Shown here one piece after another: positions 1 to 8,768 of a DNA stretch of 28,068 nt (position 1 is its first letter; the number at the start of each line of letters is the position of its first letter). The DNA lies in IMG/VR virus record IMGVR_UViG_2663762948_000001, positions 1 to 28,068 of that record. One strand, 5' to 3'. The notes under the pieces were generated by a model. That model searched no databases. It worked only from the letters and a program-made list of their open reading frames with translations, and was not told the origin of the DNA. Made by a program: the position numbers and the translations under genes. Source of the DNA: a virus (Duplodnaviria > Heunggongvirae > Uroviricota > Caudoviricetes).

Positions 1-483
1 TGCACGGTTATCTGCGCTTTGTTTACTGGCTATGCCTGATGGCTGCGGTGAAAGCAGCTGAATAACCCCACCGAGGAACAACGAGGCACCAGTGGCAGCA
101 GCAAACCCCGTCAATCCACCAGCAGCGAAAGCAGCGCCAATACCGCCGGGGCCAGTCAACACAGCAGCAGTAATAAGCACGGCCCCCAAGATCGTCTGCA
201 AAAGACCAGCCTTTTTACTCCCTATTACTACAGGGACAATCCGGATCACTTCGCCGGTGACGGGAAAGCCGAGATCATCAACGCCAATATTCTTTTTATC
301 TCTATAAACGGCATACGTCAGCCCTCGTGCTTTGCTTGTGTTTAAGAATTTCTCGAATCCATTGATGGTTTTCGCGAGTGCATTAATGGCTTCAGCAGTA
401 GTGCGAACCAGACGGTGATGAACCCTTCCATATGTCTTAGCTAGCACGCCACTTAGCTCAATTCTTGTCATTACCTCTTGCAT
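1..483 (-). CDS. I: Tail assembly protein I, N-terminal part (C-terminus lies beyond the window start)
   Basis: ATG at 483..481 (alternative ATG at 471..469) reads MQEVMTRIELSG..., then a glycine-rich hydrophobic stretch; no stop before position 1. Sits directly downstream of K as in lambda, and the architecture matches my recollection of lambda gpI. Confidence 0.6.
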   Translation of the reverse strand, partial: MQEVMTRIELSGVLAKTYGRVHHRLVRTTAEAINALAKTINGFEKFLNTSKARGLTYAVYRDKKNIGVDDLGFPVTGEVIRIVPVVIGSKKAGLLQTILGAVLITAAVLTGPGGIGAAFAAGGLTGFAAATGASLFLGGVIQLLSPQPSGIASKQSADNRA

Positions 484-494
484 GCTGCCCCCAT

Positions 495-517
495 AAAAAA
501 ACCACCCGTAGGTGGTT
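495..517 (-). terminator. Intrinsic terminator-like hairpin plus U-tract between the small membrane ORF and gene I
   Basis: Minus-strand RNA has stem AACCACC/GGUGGUU with loop UACG (517..500), followed by a U run (499..495), then the I start codon. Confidence 0.5.
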
Positions 518-532
518 TGTTAATTTACGCTC

Positions 533-757
533 TCAAAGCCCAGCTTTTTTCCTTGCTTCTTCAAGGTAGTTTTCTTTCGACTGGTCTTTGTTATTTGCCT
601 CGAAGTTTGGATCTACTATTTTTGATAATTTCTGGTCGATAGACTCAAGTAATTCAACCTGCCTGTTCGCTCTGACGCTGGCGCGGTTGATGAAAAACCA
701 GAGAATTAACCCAATAAAAATACCGACGAAGATCCAACCAAACCCAACTGTATACAT
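533..757 (-). CDS. Small single-pass membrane protein, moron inserted between K and I; paralog of 5922..6110
   Basis: 74 aa; N-terminal hydrophobic helix, then a charged coiled-coil-like tail; AAGGAG RBS upstream of ATG 757..755. Shares the motif R-x-S-x-RAN-x-QVE-x-L-x-x-I with the 5922..6110 product. Confidence 0.65.
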   Translation of the reverse strand: MYTVGFGWIFVGIFIGLILWFFINRASVRANRQVELLESIDQKLSKIVDPNFEANNKDQSKENYLEEARKKAGL

Positions 758-804
758 ATCGTTCTCCTTGCCGTGTACTACACGATAGTATCAGTGACAG
801 TTTG

Positions 805-1515
805 TTAAATAAAATTCTGATGTCTAAGAATCTTCATCGTCCTTTCCTGCCAGTAGCCACCATACGGCACGCGTTGGCTCAGATGTCCGTACAGGTGGTG
901 CAGCAGCATATTGCCCTCCAGCAGAATTCCAGCGTGGTTCCACTTATCAGCCTGGACCTGCATGATCACCATATCGCCGGGTTTCGGTGGCCCGTCGAAT
1001 TCCCGGAATCCGCACTCATACCAGCAATCCTGATAGAAGTTGTCCGGATAGTCGTTTTCCCACCAGGGATAATCAACCCGGTAATCGTGGAGCTCGATAC
1101 CATGCGTTTGCCGGAAATAGCTCATTACCAGCCCCCAGCAGTCGAAGTGTCCAAGCACAAACGGACGCTCCAGCAGTGGCAGTTCTCCGCGCGGCTGGAT
1201 GGTGCGTAAATCCCCCTCCGGCCAGCTCACAATATGCCAGGGTAAAAGCGTTGCGTCGCATTGCGCTTTATCCAGTTCGCTCGGCTGCGTTGTGGCGTCA
1301 GGGTGACTGTGAACGATGGCGATCACCGTTCCCCAGTCCTCAGCAGCTGCGTAGTCTTCGGGGCAAAGGACAAAATTGTCCTCCGGCGCCGCGGCAAGAT
1401 TCCGGCACGGGAAATAACGTTCAACGCGGCTTTTCTGCGCCACCACGCCGCAACACTCAAGAGGATATTCAGCTGCAGCATGCGCCATAATCGCATCTAT
1501 GGTTTTCTGACGCAT
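805..1515 (-). CDS. K: Tail assembly protein K (JAB/MPN plus NlpC/P60-type)
   Basis: 236 aa; ECCG and HSHP motifs typical of JAB/MPN and a Cys/His C-terminal half; ATG start overlaps the L stop; position matches lambda K. Confidence 0.8.
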   Translation of the reverse strand: MRQKTIDAIMAHAAAEYPLECCGVVAQKSRVERYFPCRNLAAAPEDNFVLCPEDYAAAEDWGTVIAIVHSHPDATTQPSELDKAQCDATLLPWHIVSWPEGDLRTIQPRGELPLLERPFVLGHFDCWGLVMSYFRQTHGIELHDYRVDYPWWENDYPDNFYQDCWYECGFREFDGPPKPGDMVIMQVQADKWNHAGILLEGNMLLHHLYGHLSQRVPYGGYWQERTMKILRHQNFI

Positions 1516-1516
1516 A

Positions 1517-2275
1517 TCAACTCCTGATCAAAGACGTGCCCGGGAAGCCACCAAACGAGAGTTCGTTATTTTCGCCGAATCGGAGTTTGCAGGCCGTCAG
1601 CGTGCCATTGCATTCATCCAGCGACGGATCGCTTACCGGGTTGTTATTTTTATCGAAATAGCGGGTGCCGGCATAGTCGCAGCCGTCGCCGGTACGATAT
1701 TTATTCCGGATGCACCAGGTACACAGGGAATGAAGCTGTCGCGTCGGGATCATTTGCCCCTGCAGGTCCATCGGGCTGGACAGAACAAATTCAACGGTTT
1801 CACCGGCAAGCTCGCCAGTTTTCCCGTCGATATACCAGACCTGCAGCTTTTCCTGAGTCGGGTCTGCTGTGGGGTTGCCGTCCGCGAAATTTCTGGCATC
1901 GAGATATTTCTCTTTTGTGTCGTGAATAGTGACTTTCGCCTGCAGCAGATCGTCATACGCAAGACACATGGCAGAAATAGAGCTTTCGATGTTCGCAACC
2001 GTCAGTGATGGCGTTGCATTGCTCCCACTGGTTGATTTTTCCAGGCCTTCCAGCTGATACGGCCAGGCGGCGTATTCATTTCCCTGCCACCAGATTGGTT
2101 TCGCCGGAAGCTTGGACTCATCCCCACCAGCGGCGATGATTTCCGCTTCCGTGTGGGGAATGCGGTAATTGTGAAAGCGGAGAACGTCCGTTAGCCCAAA
2201 GGAAGAACCGTCCACCTCAATCAGACGAACATCGTTTCCGGATTCAAGCTTCTGATAGTCTGCGTTTAAGCTCAT
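1517..2275 (-). CDS. L: Minor tail protein L
   Basis: 252 aa with a C-terminal cysteine cluster (CTWC...C...C) typical of lambda gpL; ATGA overlap with M. Confidence 0.8.
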   Translation of the reverse strand: MSLNADYQKLESGNDVRLIEVDGSSFGLTDVLRFHNYRIPHTEAEIIAAGGDESKLPAKPIWWQGNEYAAWPYQLEGLEKSTSGSNATPSLTVANIESSISAMCLAYDDLLQAKVTIHDTKEKYLDARNFADGNPTADPTQEKLQVWYIDGKTGELAGETVEFVLSSPMDLQGQMIPTRQLHSLCTWCIRNKYRTGDGCDYAGTRYFDKNNNPVSDPSLDECNGTLTACKLRFGENNELSFGGFPGTSLIRS

Positions 2276-2610
2276 GGTTTAAATGCCTGGATGAATGTTG
2301 CTTCAAGGTTGAATTTTCCCGCACCCAGCCCGGTGGGTTTATACGTTTCGCAACGATACAAACCCAAAGGCTCGAGCGGCGGCTTCCATTGAAAGGCTTT
2401 CGTTCCTTCATGCCTGTCGAGAAAAGATTTAATGGCAGAAATGTAGGTTTCGTTGCCAGTGAAGTTGAGCGTCCATTGCTGGGTTCTGGTGTTCAATCCA
2501 TCCCCTGAAACCTGCTCATATCCATCGCCAAACTGTGCTTTCCTGACGCGGAAATTTATATCTGCCTCAGCGTTAAGTCGTGGGCACCAGGTGAAAGTTT
2601 CGATAGCCAT
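2272..2610 (-). CDS. M: Minor tail protein M
   Basis: 112 aa immediately downstream of the tape measure gene, the size and position of lambda gpM. Confidence 0.75.
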   Translation of the reverse strand: MAIETFTWCPRLNAEADINFRVRKAQFGDGYEQVSGDGLNTRTQQWTLNFTGNETYISAIKSFLDRHEGTKAFQWKPPLEPLGLYRCETYKPTGLGAGKFNLEATFIQAFKP

Positions 2611-2612
2611 TT

Positions 2613-5600
2613 TTATCGGGTTCCTTTCATTGCGTTCCAGATGTCACCGCCAGGGCGAATATCTCGCATGATGTTCTGCTTATATCGCTGATCAATATAT
2701 TTACCGACATCAGCACCAAATTGCTCAAGGCCGGGTGAAGTCTGCGTGGAAGTATTTCCGTTGCCATCGATGGTGATGTAAACCTGTGGAGCCGAAGATA
2801 CAGCCTGACCACCACCAGTGCCAACAGCCCGAACGCCAAGCGAACCATCAGCAGCACGGGTAAGCGGCATAATGGCTTCAGGTCCAGCCTCTGCAAACAC
2901 ACCCGCTCCTTTGGCAAAAGCAAAAAGCTGAGGGGTCTGAAACACGCCATTGCTGTATGCGCTCAGGGACGGAGAGTCGTAAACATTACCCTTCGCGTTA
3001 AAGGTGAAGTTCGCGCCAGCGTTCTGAATTGCAGTACCGCTACTGGCGGCAGCGGCGGAAGATGCGCCAAAGCTGAAGAGAGAACCAATTGAACTGACGC
3101 CGTTAGCAACAGCCATGTTCACCAGAACGTTCTGGATGATCTTCAGTACGCTCACGCCCCAGTCCTTCCAGCTGTCAACGTTGCCATTGAGCATGTCGGT
3201 GATCGTGGTGACCGCGCCACCCATGGCCTGCTTCATGCCGTCAGCGGCCATGGAAGAATAATCAGTAGCTTCGTCCACCCAGTTCGCATAACCCTCAGAC
3301 AGTCCCGTCATCCAGTCGTCACGCTGCGCATCAGAAGCTGCGTAATATCCCTCCTGGTCGCGCAGGCGCTCTTCGAGGTAGCGCTTATTAAGTGCCAGCC
3401 CCTGCTGATAGAACGTCTCGTCGATTTCACCAGCCTGACGCTGGCGGAGAAGATCGGTATTCTTCTGCTCAAACTCCTTACGCAGATTGAACTGCTCCTG
3501 AAGTCTTTCACGGAACCTGGTTCCCTGCCCGTAGCCCAGCAGTTGCGCTTCATTGGCTGCGCGGGCGCTGGCGTTACTGTCAGCAAGGTTGGCTTCGTAA
3601 TTTCGCAGTTGCTCACGCAATTTAACCTGATCGATGAGAGCAGCATTACGCATAACTTCGGCTTTCTGGGCCTGACTTAGCGTAGAAAGCTCACCCTGGC
3701 TTACCTGATATTTAACCTTTGCCAGCTCGGTATTCTGCCCTTGCAGAGCGATCTGCTCTTTTTGCTGCTTGATCAGCTTGTCATAGGTATCAGCTGTTTT
3801 TTCCGCCTCGGATTTTCCACCCTTATGGCGGCTTGAGTTACGAATTGCTTGTAATTGCCTGGCAGACTCAACTTCCATGCTGACATATTTCTCACGCCAA
3901 CCAGCTGGAAGGTTCAGATCAGATGCATCGAATTCTGCCTGCTTTCGAGCCTTATCCAAACCCTGAAGGCCAGATAACTCAAGCTGTCGCTGTGCTTTCT
4001 CAATAGCTTGTTGTTGCTTATTATCAAGCGCAGGAAGTACAGGTCCTGCATATTTTGGTGGGGACACTGCTGTAGACTGTCTGGAAACCTTGTTCAGCCG
4101 GTCATACATCTCTGTAAGAGAACTTACGGCGCCAGCCATTTCTACTGTTTTATTTATAGCCTGATCAGTTATGTCGTTTATTAACTGTTGTGTTTGCTTT
4201 CTTTTATTGAGCATTTGCTCAAGTCGGCCTTCTTCAACCGCAAGTTCTGAAGCAAAGTCTGCGGCTTTCTCAACCGCATCGTTATACAGCCATGTCCCCT
4301 CTGAAGCAGAATTGGCTGCTAATTTTGCGTTATAAAGTTGATTGGATAATTCAGCAACTTTCTGCTTCTGCTGTTCAATCGCACTATTCTGAGCATCCAG
4401 TGAAATATTCGCCTGTCCAAGGTTGGCGGATATCTGCGTCTGAGACATTGATTTCAGATTATCTCGTACCTGCTCGATTGTGTCCGCATATTGGATTGCA
4501 GATTCCCTGGCTTGTTCTTGGCGTTGATACATCGTGTACCACGCCCCAGCACCCAACATTAAAATTCCTGGCAAACCACCAACTAACGACAAAAGACCCG
4601 TAGCGCCAGTTTTTACAAGCCCCAGCACTGATGTTGCAGAGTTAAGTGCCTGCTGAGAGGCTGCAACGGCTCTGTTTGACTGTACCAGTGCCGCATTTGC
4701 TGTAATCATTGCCCGGCGCTTGGATATGGCATTTTGAGTGGCAGTAGCCTCAGCATTAGTATTCTTTGCCAGCACAAGTTCTGACTGAGCAAGCTGGTAA
4801 GCTCGCTCAGCAGCAATAGCATCGGCGGCGGCCTTGCGTTGTGATTGGGTAGCAGATTCAGCCCTTGCAGCTGCGAGCGCAATTTCGTTCTTTCTGGCAT
4901 CTATTAATTGCGCCGTCTGGTTCCCAAGATCGCCAAACATCCCTCCAAGATAGCGAGCTCCACCTATCGCAGCCAAAGCTCCGGCAGCCGTAGCCACAGT
5001 GTCTATATTGTCAGAAACCGTATTCAATACGGCAACAAGAGTACTTGTCGCACCAGTGGCTTCATTAGCGCCACCTACCCATGCCATGAAAGCATTTTCG
5101 ACTTTCGTCGTGGCAGCAGAAACGGTCTGCGGCATTGCCTCAAATTCACCACGCATAGTGCCAAGTTGACTTATCAGGGCCGGGACAACTTTATCTGCGG
5201 TTAGCATCCCCTGATCGGCCATTGCCTTCAGATCTTTACGAGCTACACCCATCCCTGCGGCAAGAGCACGGATAACTCGATCACCGTTTTCGTTGACGGA
5301 GTTAAATTCCTCGCCTCGAAGAACACCCTGCGCCAGAGCCTGGCTGAACTGCGTGATTACCGAACTCGCTTCAGACGCGCTTGCGCCTGACAGCTTAAGC
5401 CCTGTTGATATAGCCTCGGTTACCTTCAGAACCTCTTCTGAACTGTAGCCATATTCACGCATAGAAGCGGCTGAACGCGCAAAAAGACTCGCATTATCAG
5501 AGAAGGCGGTTCCGGTTCGCTGGCTAATATCCATCAGCGCCCGCTGGGACTCCGTGAAATCATCTGACGACTGGGAAGCCTGCTTTAGCCTGGCATTAAC

Positions 5601-5891
5601 AGAGCTCCATTCATCGGCCAGCGATATAAGATGACCAGTCGCAAATGCTCCAGCAAATGCACCAGCCATTCCCAGTGCTGAGGCCTTCGCGGTGTTTATT
5701 TGACTAGTTACCTCAGCCAAGGCACGCTGAGTTTCACGCGAAGCTGCGGCCGATTGGCGTCCTCCAGTCTGCATTACCCGGTAATAGTCATTCCCCATTC
5801 TTGAAGCACGAGAAATTTCAGACTGGAATGACTGAGAGTTTGCAGATATTTTGATGATCAGTTCGCGCAACGTAGCCATATTTTCACCCAT
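2613..5891 (-). CDS. H: Tail tape measure protein
   Basis: 1092 aa, Ala/Gln-rich coiled-coil, low-complexity, longest ORF in the tail cluster, located between G/GT and M. Confidence 0.9.
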   Translation of the reverse strand: MGENMATLRELIIKISANSQSFQSEISRASRMGNDYYRVMQTGGRQSAAASRETQRALAEVTSQINTAKASALGMAGAFAGAFATGHLISLADEWSSVNARLKQASQSSDDFTESQRALMDISQRTGTAFSDNASLFARSAASMREYGYSSEEVLKVTEAISTGLKLSGASASEASSVITQFSQALAQGVLRGEEFNSVNENGDRVIRALAAGMGVARKDLKAMADQGMLTADKVVPALISQLGTMRGEFEAMPQTVSAATTKVENAFMAWVGGANEATGATSTLVAVLNTVSDNIDTVATAAGALAAIGGARYLGGMFGDLGNQTAQLIDARKNEIALAAARAESATQSQRKAAADAIAAERAYQLAQSELVLAKNTNAEATATQNAISKRRAMITANAALVQSNRAVAASQQALNSATSVLGLVKTGATGLLSLVGGLPGILMLGAGAWYTMYQRQEQARESAIQYADTIEQVRDNLKSMSQTQISANLGQANISLDAQNSAIEQQKQKVAELSNQLYNAKLAANSASEGTWLYNDAVEKAADFASELAVEEGRLEQMLNKRKQTQQLINDITDQAINKTVEMAGAVSSLTEMYDRLNKVSRQSTAVSPPKYAGPVLPALDNKQQQAIEKAQRQLELSGLQGLDKARKQAEFDASDLNLPAGWREKYVSMEVESARQLQAIRNSSRHKGGKSEAEKTADTYDKLIKQQKEQIALQGQNTELAKVKYQVSQGELSTLSQAQKAEVMRNAALIDQVKLREQLRNYEANLADSNASARAANEAQLLGYGQGTRFRERLQEQFNLRKEFEQKNTDLLRQRQAGEIDETFYQQGLALNKRYLEERLRDQEGYYAASDAQRDDWMTGLSEGYANWVDEATDYSSMAADGMKQAMGGAVTTITDMLNGNVDSWKDWGVSVLKIIQNVLVNMAVANGVSSIGSLFSFGASSAAAASSGTAIQNAGANFTFNAKGNVYDSPSLSAYSNGVFQTPQLFAFAKGAGVFAEAGPEAIMPLTRAADGSLGVRAVGTGGGQAVSSAPQVYITIDGNGNTSTQTSPGLEQFGADVGKYIDQRYKQNIMRDIRPGGDIWNAMKGTR

Positions 5892-5914
5892 AAAAAAACC
5901 CGCTTGATAGCGGG
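5892..5914 (-). terminator. Intrinsic terminator-like hairpin plus U7 directly upstream of the tape measure start codon
   Basis: Minus-strand RNA has stem CCCGC/GCGGG with loop UAUCAA (5914..5899), then UUUUUUU (5898..5892), then AUG at 5891. Confidence 0.5.
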
Positions 5915-5921
5915 TCGTGAG

Positions 5922-6110
5922 TTATAAACTGTCTTTTCTTTGGTGAGCGACTTGTATTAATAAATCTATTTGCGCATCTTGCTTTTTATTTATCTCTTTA
6001 AGGGCTTCAACTTGTTCATTTGCCCTTGTGCTAAACCGTAATAAATAAAAAATCACAATTAGATTTATCAGCCAGCCGAATATTCCAAACACTACTACCA
6101 GTGGTTCCAT
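5922..6110 (-). CDS. Small single-pass membrane protein, moron between G/GT and tape measure (the position of HK97 gp15)
   Basis: 62 aa; N-terminal TM helix, then a charged tail; AAGGAGG RBS upstream of ATG 6110..6108; followed by its own terminator. Confidence 0.7.
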   Translation of the reverse strand: MEPLVVVFGIFGWLINLIVIFYLLRFSTRANEQVEALKEINKKQDAQIDLLIQVAHQRKDSL

Positions 6111-6167
6111 AACGCCTCCTTTACTTAAGGAAAGAGCGTATCGCTACATTGAAGGCATGTGAAGCAA

Positions 6168-6478
6168 TTATTGTGTCGCAGCTGTAAGTGCCGCCTCAAG
6201 CCCTGCAAACGGGTCCTTCGGTTCTGATTGCTCATCACCACCCCAGCGCAGGATCGCATCGTCCAGCGGTACTTTTGCCCCCTGCGAGCCGTAGATGGCA
6301 GAGACAATCTGCGCTGCATGGATATCACCGCGAATATCGCCAACCGGGCTTTGCCTGTCGTACTCAATCCACATCAGAAGCTCGCTTGCCGTCATATTCT
6401 GCCGAAGCTCTGAGAGCGTGCGCCCCATCCGGAGCGCAAGCGACATCAGAAACTTTACGCCGGGGGTTGAGACTTTTC
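6168..6478 (-). CDS. T: T-frame part of the tail assembly chaperone GT (made by -1 frameshift from G)
   Basis: This frame is -1 relative to G and is open from the GGGAAAAG site down to the stop at 6168; product contains MTASELLMWIEY... Confidence 0.7.
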
Positions 6479-6841
6479 CCGCGCTTCGTCCGCATTGTTG
6501 ATCAGGTCAAGCGCCTGTTTGAGCAGACGTGAGTGCACGGGCCCGTAAATTTCACGCACCTGCTCTTCTTCGTCTACGCTGAATACCGGTTGCTTATCGG
6601 TGTCACACAGAACGTCAATGAAGAGCACCACGTCAGCGCAAAGATTACGGTGCGCCTTTTCCGATACCGACACATTTTCATCGTCGCCCCCCCCTTTCAC
6701 CACCTCCTGCCAGCGCAGCCAGGCTTCACCTGACGGCTCACGGAGAACCACTTTGACACCTTCCCACTCAGGGACAACGACCGTCTTATGGCGAAAGCCA
6801 GCCATTTTCGCCATGGCTAATTGTTTTAAAGTTTGCGACAT
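6455..6841 (-). CDS. G: Tail assembly chaperone G
   Basis: 128 aa between the major tail gene and the T frame; acidic C-terminal region; overlaps the T frame. Confidence 0.8.
   Translation of the reverse strand: MSQTLKQLAMAKMAGFRHKTVVVPEWEGVKVVLREPSGEAWLRWQEVVKGGGDDENVSVSEKAHRNLCADVVLFIDVLCDTDKQPVFSVDEEEQVREIYGPVHSRLLKQALDLINNADEAREKSQPPA
6473..6481 (-). promoter_or_regulatory. Candidate programmed -1 ribosomal frameshift site (G to GT)
   Basis: Minus strand reads CGGGAAAAG; the G frame decodes CGG GAA AAG, the -1 frame decodes GGA AAA and stays open into T. Lambda uses GGGAAAG at the equivalent place (from memory). Confidence 0.55.
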
Positions 6842-6875
6842 CGCTTATCCATGCCGGGACAACCCGGCATCTCCA

Positions 6876-7580
6876 TTAACTGATAGTAAGGGTGCAGGCA
6901 GCTGAGGTAACCGTTTTGACCGGAGAAGAAGAATCCGTAACCACACAGGTGTAATCACCTGCATCACCTGAAACTGCGGTGGCTTTATTAAAGGTATCGG
7001 ATGTCTGCCCGCTGACGGTGCTACCTGCCTTCTTCCAGGTGTAGGCATACGGAGGCTTACCACCGGCAGCTACTACAGCCATGCTGATCGCAGCCCCCAC
7101 CGCTACAGACAGTGAGGAAGGAAGATCAGTGGTCAGTTTAAGTACAGAGTCAATCTGGACAGGCTTGCCTTTAAGGCGCAGTGAGAATGTAGCTGCCACA
7201 ACACCATTGGTACCAGATGACCAGGTATGCTGGCGAACTTCGGCCAGGAACTTAAAACCATTACCTGACGGGAAGATGATCTGGAAGCCGTAAGTGGTGT
7301 CGTTGTCATACGCATCACGCAAGGCGTCCTGCGCTGGATTATTGTAGAAGTTGCCGGACAGAGAGATTTCTGACGGAGAAGGCAGGCCGTTGATGTTCTC
7401 CTGCTCGGTAGAGCAAAGTGTTGTTACGTCGATATCCTGCTTCTGGCCACCAGTGAACTGAATTTCTTTGATGGTGCAACTCAGATCGAGAAAGGTGGCG
7501 GAATCCATCGTTTCTTTGGTGGACGGCAGGGAGGAAATAAGGATCTTCGTCAGCTGCGATTTTTCATAAAGTGCAGACAT
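6876..7580 (-). CDS. V: Major tail protein with C-terminal Ig-like domain
   Basis: 234 aa; C-terminus has a Big_2-like pattern (YTWKK...GDAGDYTCVVTD); sits upstream of G/GT. Confidence 0.8.
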   Translation of the reverse strand: MSALYEKSQLTKILISSLPSTKETMDSATFLDLSCTIKEIQFTGGQKQDIDVTTLCSTEQENINGLPSPSEISLSGNFYNNPAQDALRDAYDNDTTYGFQIIFPSGNGFKFLAEVRQHTWSSGTNGVVAATFSLRLKGKPVQIDSVLKLTTDLPSSLSVAVGAAISMAVVAAGGKPPYAYTWKKAGSTVSGQTSDTFNKATAVSGDAGDYTCVVTDSSSPVKTVTSAACTLTIS

Positions 7581-7639
7581 AGCTGTCTCCTGGAAAAAGA
7601 AAACCCGCCATCTGGCGGGTTCGTTGGGTGAATTAATTG

Positions 7640-7987
7640 TCAGGGGGTAACTTTAAAATCCAGGGTGGCACGGTAGAGCCGATAATCTGGCTCGTACCCG
7701 GGGATTTTTACCACCTCTGTAGGGGTTAACGGCTCAAGCGAAGCGAGCACCAAATCTCTCAGGGATCGTGATTCAGCGATCGAAGTGGAATACACATCGA
7801 CCTGAACGGAAACCCTGCTCTCTGCCTGACCACACAGCACGTCAGCGGAAACATCATCGACGATGGAAAAGATAATCCAGGGTGGAGAGACAGACGGTTT
7901 ACCGTCACTACCTAATGGCGCAACATAGGGATATACCCGTCCTTCTGCCAGGGGAGAAAGCAAGGCGTAGATATTATCTTCATTCAC
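7640..7987 (-). CDS. Tail completion / tail terminator-like protein
   Basis: 115 aa between the head-tail joining genes and the major tail gene; GTG start overlaps the upstream stop (GTGA). Family assignment is by position only. Confidence 0.55.
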   Translation of the reverse strand: MNEDNIYALLSPLAEGRVYPYVAPLGSDGKPSVSPPWIIFSIVDDVSADVLCGQAESRVSVQVDVYSTSIAESRSLRDLVLASLEPLTPTEVVKIPGYEPDYRLYRATLDFKVTP

Positions 7988-8433
7988 TTGCTCAATACCT
8001 CATCAATAGCCTGATTCATCCTGGCAATGGCGACGCTGGCGGCCTCTTCCTCGCGAGTATCGTAAGCGGGTCGCACAAACGGATGTGCAGGCATGTTCGC
8101 GGTTCCCATTTCAACGAATCGCCAGTAAAAGGCGTTTCTCGGGTTCTTCGCCTTCATCGTGTTATCGCTGTTGCCGGTGCGCGGGTTAACGCCACGAATA
8201 TGGACGCCGGAAGAAATTTCCCCGCGGCGACGGCTTTTTTGGGTCACCACCACCACGTTTTTTTTCAGTTTCCCGGTACGCACCGGAGCGCGGGCGATCA
8301 CCTCTTCCTTAAGCACTTCGGCACCGGCGCGCGTGGCATCACGCAGAACCTTGTTATTTTCAGCGCGGCTAAGCGCCTCCAGATCCTTTGCGATGTCATT
8401 TAACCCGGAAAAATCGAGGCTCGTCTCAATCAT
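7984..8433 (-). CDS. Head-tail joining protein (HK97 gp10-like family)
   Basis: 149 aa, translationally coupled (ATGA overlap); contains HPFVRPA resembling the gp10-family motif. Confidence 0.6.
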   Translation of the reverse strand: MIETSLDFSGLNDIAKDLEALSRAENNKVLRDATRAGAEVLKEEVIARAPVRTGKLKKNVVVVTQKSRRRGEISSGVHIRGVNPRTGNSDNTMKAKNPRNAFYWRFVEMGTANMPAHPFVRPAYDTREEEAASVAIARMNQAIDEVLSK

Positions 8434-8768
8434 TTTTCAGCTCCCGTTTTGCAAAGAATTTCCAGGCGAGTGCCGGTCGCATTTGCTACAGGAGGACCGA
8501 TGATATTTAGCACCTGACCTTTATACGGGCCGCTGAGCACTTCCAGACGAGAAGAGGCATTCAGCTCTGACCTGAAGCGCATCCAGACGCGAATGGTTGC
8601 CTGCGCCGTTTCCGCGCCGCCTGAAAGCTGCTCTCTGCCGCTGATCCCCTTTACCTCAGCCGGGACCGGGTTGCCACCAGTCCACGATTCAACCGGCTGA
8701 CCAGATGGATCGCGCGAAGTCGTGAAGGTGAGAATTTTTACCCTGTGCCTGAATCGTCCAGGTTCCAT
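8430..8768 (-). CDS. Head-tail adaptor / head closure protein
   Basis: 112 aa starting MEPGRFRHRV, typical of phage head-tail joining proteins; coupled to neighbours. Confidence 0.6.
   Translation of the reverse strand: MEPGRFRHRVKILTFTTSRDPSGQPVESWTGGNPVPAEVKGISGREQLSGGAETAQATIRVWMRFRSELNASSRLEVLSGPYKGQVLNIIGPPVANATGTRLEILCKTGAEK

Noticed and set aside
802-1490. Plus-strand ORFs 802..1209 and 987..1490, antisense to tail gene K
   Set aside because: They fully overlap a well-supported minus-strand gene; the translations are Pro/Arg/Ser-rich with no start context, typical of antisense reading of GC-rich coding DNA.
2627-3646. Minus-strand alternative-frame ORFs 2627..2950 and 3308..3646 inside the tape measure gene
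   Set aside because: They lie out of frame inside a long, clearly coding ORF and have no independent start signals.
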